64,000 bases of DNA from Nannocystales bacterium (GTDB lineage: Bacteria; Myxococcota_A; Polyangia; Nannocystales; Nannocystaceae). The notes beneath the pieces are model-generated. The model was not told where the DNA came from. It did no database searches and saw only the letters and a program-made list of their open reading frames with translations. How positions within the stretch are numbered: the stretch's first letter is position 1; the number at the start of each line of letters is the position of its first letter. The stretch spans positions 217,624-281,623 of the forward strand of contig JBOEGF010000002.1 in NCBI GenBank assembly GCA_050633305.1, in the 5' to 3' direction. Below are positions 60,831 through 64,000 of this stretch, one piece after another. The position numbers and the translations under genes are program-made.

Positions 60831-62048
60831 TCACAAGGTACAGACACAGCGGCGCTGACAACTTTGGTTGGTGAACGTCTCGTCGCACGACACCTCGGTG
60901 GTCACCGTGCAGACACGCGCAGCGGCGAAGCACACGTAGCCTCTGTTCTCACAGAAGTCGTTGCAGCTCCCAGAGCCGTCCGTTGTCTGATCGAGAACGC
61001 AGTTTCCGGCACCATCGCACTCCCCCGAACCGGGGCACTCCAGACCGCACTCTCCGCAGTTCGTTGTGTCCGTGTCCAGGTTCACGCACGTCGTAGAACA
61101 CAGGTCGGGCACATCGGCCGGGCACGTGAGTGCGCCGTTGAGACAGGCCGCGGCGTCGTTGTCGATATCGGAGACGGAAACGCCACATTCACCGCAGTGA
61201 TCCGGGTCGGAGATCGACACGCAAGCCCCGTCGCAGCGATGCTGCCCCGCGACGCACCCGGGAACACCGTCGACGCAATCCACCCCGTCGGTCGACACCC
61301 CGCACGACCCACAGTTCCCGACGTCCGAAGAGAGGTCCACGCAGACGCCATCGCAGGCCACGCGCCCTTCTTGGGTACATGTCGCAACGCCATCCTCACA
61401 GTGGCCCCATTGTGGAACCGGGGAGTCACACCCGCCGCAATGCTGCCCATCGGTTCGCAGGTCGACGCACTGCCCGTCGCACGCCGCGCCAAACTCGGAG
61501 ATACAGCGTGGGACCCCGTCTTCACAGATGCCGCCGCTCGGGACCTCATTCCGGCAGGCTCCGCAGTGCTGTTCGTCAGAGTTGAGGTCGTGGCAACTCC
61601 GTCCGCAGAGGGTCGTCTCGGGCTGGCAGATCTCGATATCTGTGGAGACTTGCCCCCCGCCCTCGAGTTGGTAGTTCAGGACCAGCGGGAGCGTATTCTC
61701 CGGCATCTCGAACACCAGGGAACAAAATGTCTCGCGCCCCTTTGGCACCGACGCGTCGGCGCGGCACCCCCCTTCGAGCAGGTCGGTCAGGACCGCGCCG
61801 AGGATCTCGACGCCGGAGTCCGTCTCCACGGAGAACAACGGCGCGGCGAGAAGTGTCTGCCCGTTGGAGACGTTCATGATCGAGACATCGAGCACAATCG
61901 CCTCACGACCGTCCTGCAGCCCCGCGACTCCGGCAAGAGAAGGCTCGAGATCTACACCACCGACGTCGAGCAACACGGGTGCCGATTCAGCTGCCGAACA
62001 CCCCCCGGCAAGAAGGGCAACAGCCACGAGGTTTTTCCAGCAGGACAC
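60831..62048 (-). CDS. Lipoprotein with DUF4352-like domain and Cys-rich repeats
   Basis: Lipobox AGGC; about 5 repeats of C.DL..D..(H/N)CG.C. Confidence 0.85.
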   Translation of the reverse strand: MSCWKNLVAVALLAGGCSAAESAPVLLDVGGVDLEPSLAGVAGLQDGREAIVLDVSIMNVSNGQTLLAAPLFSVETDSGVEILGAVLTDLLEGGCRADASVPKGRETFCSLVFEMPENTLPLVLNYQLEGGGQVSTDIEICQPETTLCGRSCHDLNSDEQHCGACRNEVPSGGICEDGVPRCISEFGAACDGQCVDLRTDGQHCGGCDSPVPQWGHCEDGVATCTQEGRVACDGVCVDLSSDVGNCGSCGVSTDGVDCVDGVPGCVAGQHRCDGACVSISDPDHCGECGVSVSDIDNDAAACLNGALTCPADVPDLCSTTCVNLDTDTTNCGECGLECPGSGECDGAGNCVLDQTTDGSGSCNDFCENRGYVCFAAARVCTVTTEVSCDETFTNQSCQRRCVCTL

Positions 62049-62282
62049 TGCAGCGGGACTAGAGCGGAAGAAAACCCACCGTCAAGGCTACAAACCTCGG
62101 AGGGACACCCTGCTCAGAAAAGGCCATTGTTGCCGAGGTCCCAGTGGTCCCGGAGGCATGCCGGTCAGCCGGTCTATAGGTGTTGAAAAAGACAGGTCGC
62201 ACCTGCCCGGCGTCCGTCATGGATGGGCCGAAGAATCGCGAGTCTGCGATGGCATTGACCTGCGGCGAGTTCGCCACCCCCT

Positions 62283-62386
62283 AGTGTGGTGGAACAGGAA
62301 TCCGTTCGAAGTGAGCGCCGCCCTCGAACCCCGTGGCTTCGTTGCTCATCGGTCGACTACGCCCAGTGTCGTGGAACAGGACTCCG
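62283..62386. repeat. Pair of 22-bp direct repeats (2 mismatches)
   Basis: agtgtggtggaacaggaatccg (62283-62304) and agtgtcgtggaacaggactccg (62365-62386). Confidence 0.6.
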
Positions 62387-62458
62387 AGCTGCGAATCCTC
62401 GCTCTGCGCTTTCCGGCACCGCCGTCAGAGCGCGGCCGACGGCCGACGAGGCGCACCG

Positions 62459-64000
62459 CTACAGCAACACGCTGGGCAACGGTTCGCCGATCTGGTTGAA
62501 GTCGTAGTCCAACGCGTGGGTGCTGGCTCCCTTGCCTACGGTTGAGGTCGAGCCGTAGCCGGGTTCGCCGTTCGTCTCGTAGTCGCCCGGCTGCAAGCCC
62601 ATTGCCTGCAGCATCGTCACGAAGAACTGGTTGTACGGGATCCCTCGGATGACGTGGCCATTGTGCTGGCTGAAGTAGGACTGCGTGTCCCACTCGGTGA
62701 AGTCGAGGTAGCGACCCGTGTCCACGCGGCCCCCCGCACTGCCGGCGGTGATGGTGGGCACCGAGTAGTTGAGGTGGTTGAACCCCAGCTCGTTGCCCCA
62801 GACGATCAGCGAGTTGTCGAGGTAGGTCGACTCGCCGCCCTCGAGCACATCGAGCCGCTCGATGAGTCGCAGGAACACGTTCTGCGCGACCCACTGGTTC
62901 ATCCGTCGCAGGTGGGCGTCGCCGGAGGGAGAGCCCCATTCGTGCGCGAGAGCGTGCCAGGTTTGTCCCGAAGCGTTCTCGCTGTGGGTGAAGCCAGCAG
63001 GTGCTCCGTCTGCGTCGGAGATGACCTTCTCCGCATCGATGGTGATCACGCGTGTGTGGTCGCAGATGATCCCCGCAACCGCGACGTCAATCATGAGCGC
63101 CCACGACTCCTCGATGTCGGAGAGGCCCAGACTGCCGCCGTCTGGATACGAGTTCGGCATGGGTGGGAACTCGCACTGCGCGGTGACGCCACCTCCTTCG
63201 AGCCGACCCTGGAGCTCGTTGAGAAAGGTCAGGTGCCGGTCGAGGAGCATCCGGTCGTCGGCCGACAGTCGGGAGTTTGACTGGATACGCCCATAGTCTT
63301 CGTAGACTCGGTCGACGAGGCGCTTGTTGGGGGACTCGCCTTGTTCGGGCTCTCCGTCGGGCTTCGGGGGGGTGACGCCCGGACCTGTGAACAGCTCGTT
63401 CCAGGCGGTCAATGGGTCGACGTGGGCCTGCATGCGGTTCACCTCGCCGCCCTCGATTCCCGCGTGGGTATACGAGCACGAGTCCCCGCGTGAGTTGTTG
63501 AGCTGCAGCGAACGGACCAGCGGTTGCGACGAATAGAAACGGTCCGAGTACGCCATGACCTGGTCGACGGTCGGGACGTGCTGAAGCGACAGGGATGCAC
63601 CTGCGGTCACGGTGCTCGCGCCTGCATAGTTGCCCAGGAAGGCGCCGTGGTTGTGGTTGGTGTCGGGCAAGAAATCCATGCCCCGCAGCAACATCATCTT
63701 GTGCAGATACGGGTTGAATGCCTGATCGATGATCTGGGACAAGCCCGGGTCCATGAAGTCGGTCATCGGCGCCTGCTTGTAGGGCGTACCGGCGATCTCC
63801 TGCGTCAGCCCGGTCGTTCCGTCAGCCTTGGCTTTGCGTAGCGCGTATCCGTTGCCTTCGAAGGTCGGGTACCAGTCCACGATGGTCTGCCCGCTGTTGC
63901 TCTTGATGCCGATGAAGCGCACCGGCTGTTGCACATCCCCACCCGCATGAGCATCGCGGCGAAACAGGGAAGACAGCATGGGAATCGCAAGGGTGGCCCC
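62459..64000 (-). CDS. DUF1552-family protein, 5' partial
   Basis: GATLAIPMLSSL (post-Tat-like), TVDQVMA, LSADDRMLLDRHL, CDHTRVIT, TYLDNSLIVWGNELG, TAGSAGG..TGRYLD; frame open to the window end. Confidence 0.88.
   Translation of the reverse strand, partial: GATLAIPMLSSLFRRDAHAGGDVQQPVRFIGIKSNSGQTIVDWYPTFEGNGYALRKAKADGTTGLTQEIAGTPYKQAPMTDFMDPGLSQIIDQAFNPYLHKMMLLRGMDFLPDTNHNHGAFLGNYAGASTVTAGASLSLQHVPTVDQVMAYSDRFYSSQPLVRSLQLNNSRGDSCSYTHAGIEGGEVNRMQAHVDPLTAWNELFTGPGVTPPKPDGEPEQGESPNKRLVDRVYEDYGRIQSNSRLSADDRMLLDRHLTFLNELQGRLEGGGVTAQCEFPPMPNSYPDGGSLGLSDIEESWALMIDVAVAGIICDHTRVITIDAEKVISDADGAPAGFTHSENASGQTWHALAHEWGSPSGDAHLRRMNQWVAQNVFLRLIERLDVLEGGESTYLDNSLIVWGNELGFNHLNYSVPTITAGSAGGRVDTGRYLDFTEWDTQSYFSQHNGHVIRGIPYNQFFVTMLQAMGLQPGDYETNGEPGYGSTSTVGKGASTHALDYDFNQIGEPLPSVLL

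Noticed and set aside
62283..62386. Mini CRISPR array
   Set aside because: Only two short repeats, a 60-bp spacer and no cas genes.

Overview
High-GC DNA whose gene content points to a myxobacterium, probably Nannocystaceae-like (inference from Ser/Thr-rich lipoproteins, TPR Ser/Thr kinases, VWA-like and Cys-rich lipoproteins, and DUF1552). About 50 CDSs are supportable; no rRNA, tRNA or CRISPR array was seen. Strongest candidate for a new system: a 65-aa double-glycine-leader peptide (21285-21482) directly upstream of a JmjC/Cupin_4 oxygenase (19921-21234), which looks like a minimal RiPP cassette. A second peptide with a closely matching leader (60467-60634) lies upstream of an S8 subtilase lipoprotein. 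Other notable items: a desaturase/P450/membrane protein/sulfotransferase operon; a lipoprotein poly-gamma-glutamate-hydrolase-like enzyme; an OmpA + PG-binding + GH18-like fusion; an atypical Cache kinase/receiver pair beside a POT transporter; a BlaI/M56 pair with tandem operators; a 158-bp MITE flanked by CTAG; and a decayed zone at about 24-28 kb that includes a PAAR-like remnant. All family calls come from visual motif recognition; no database searches were run.
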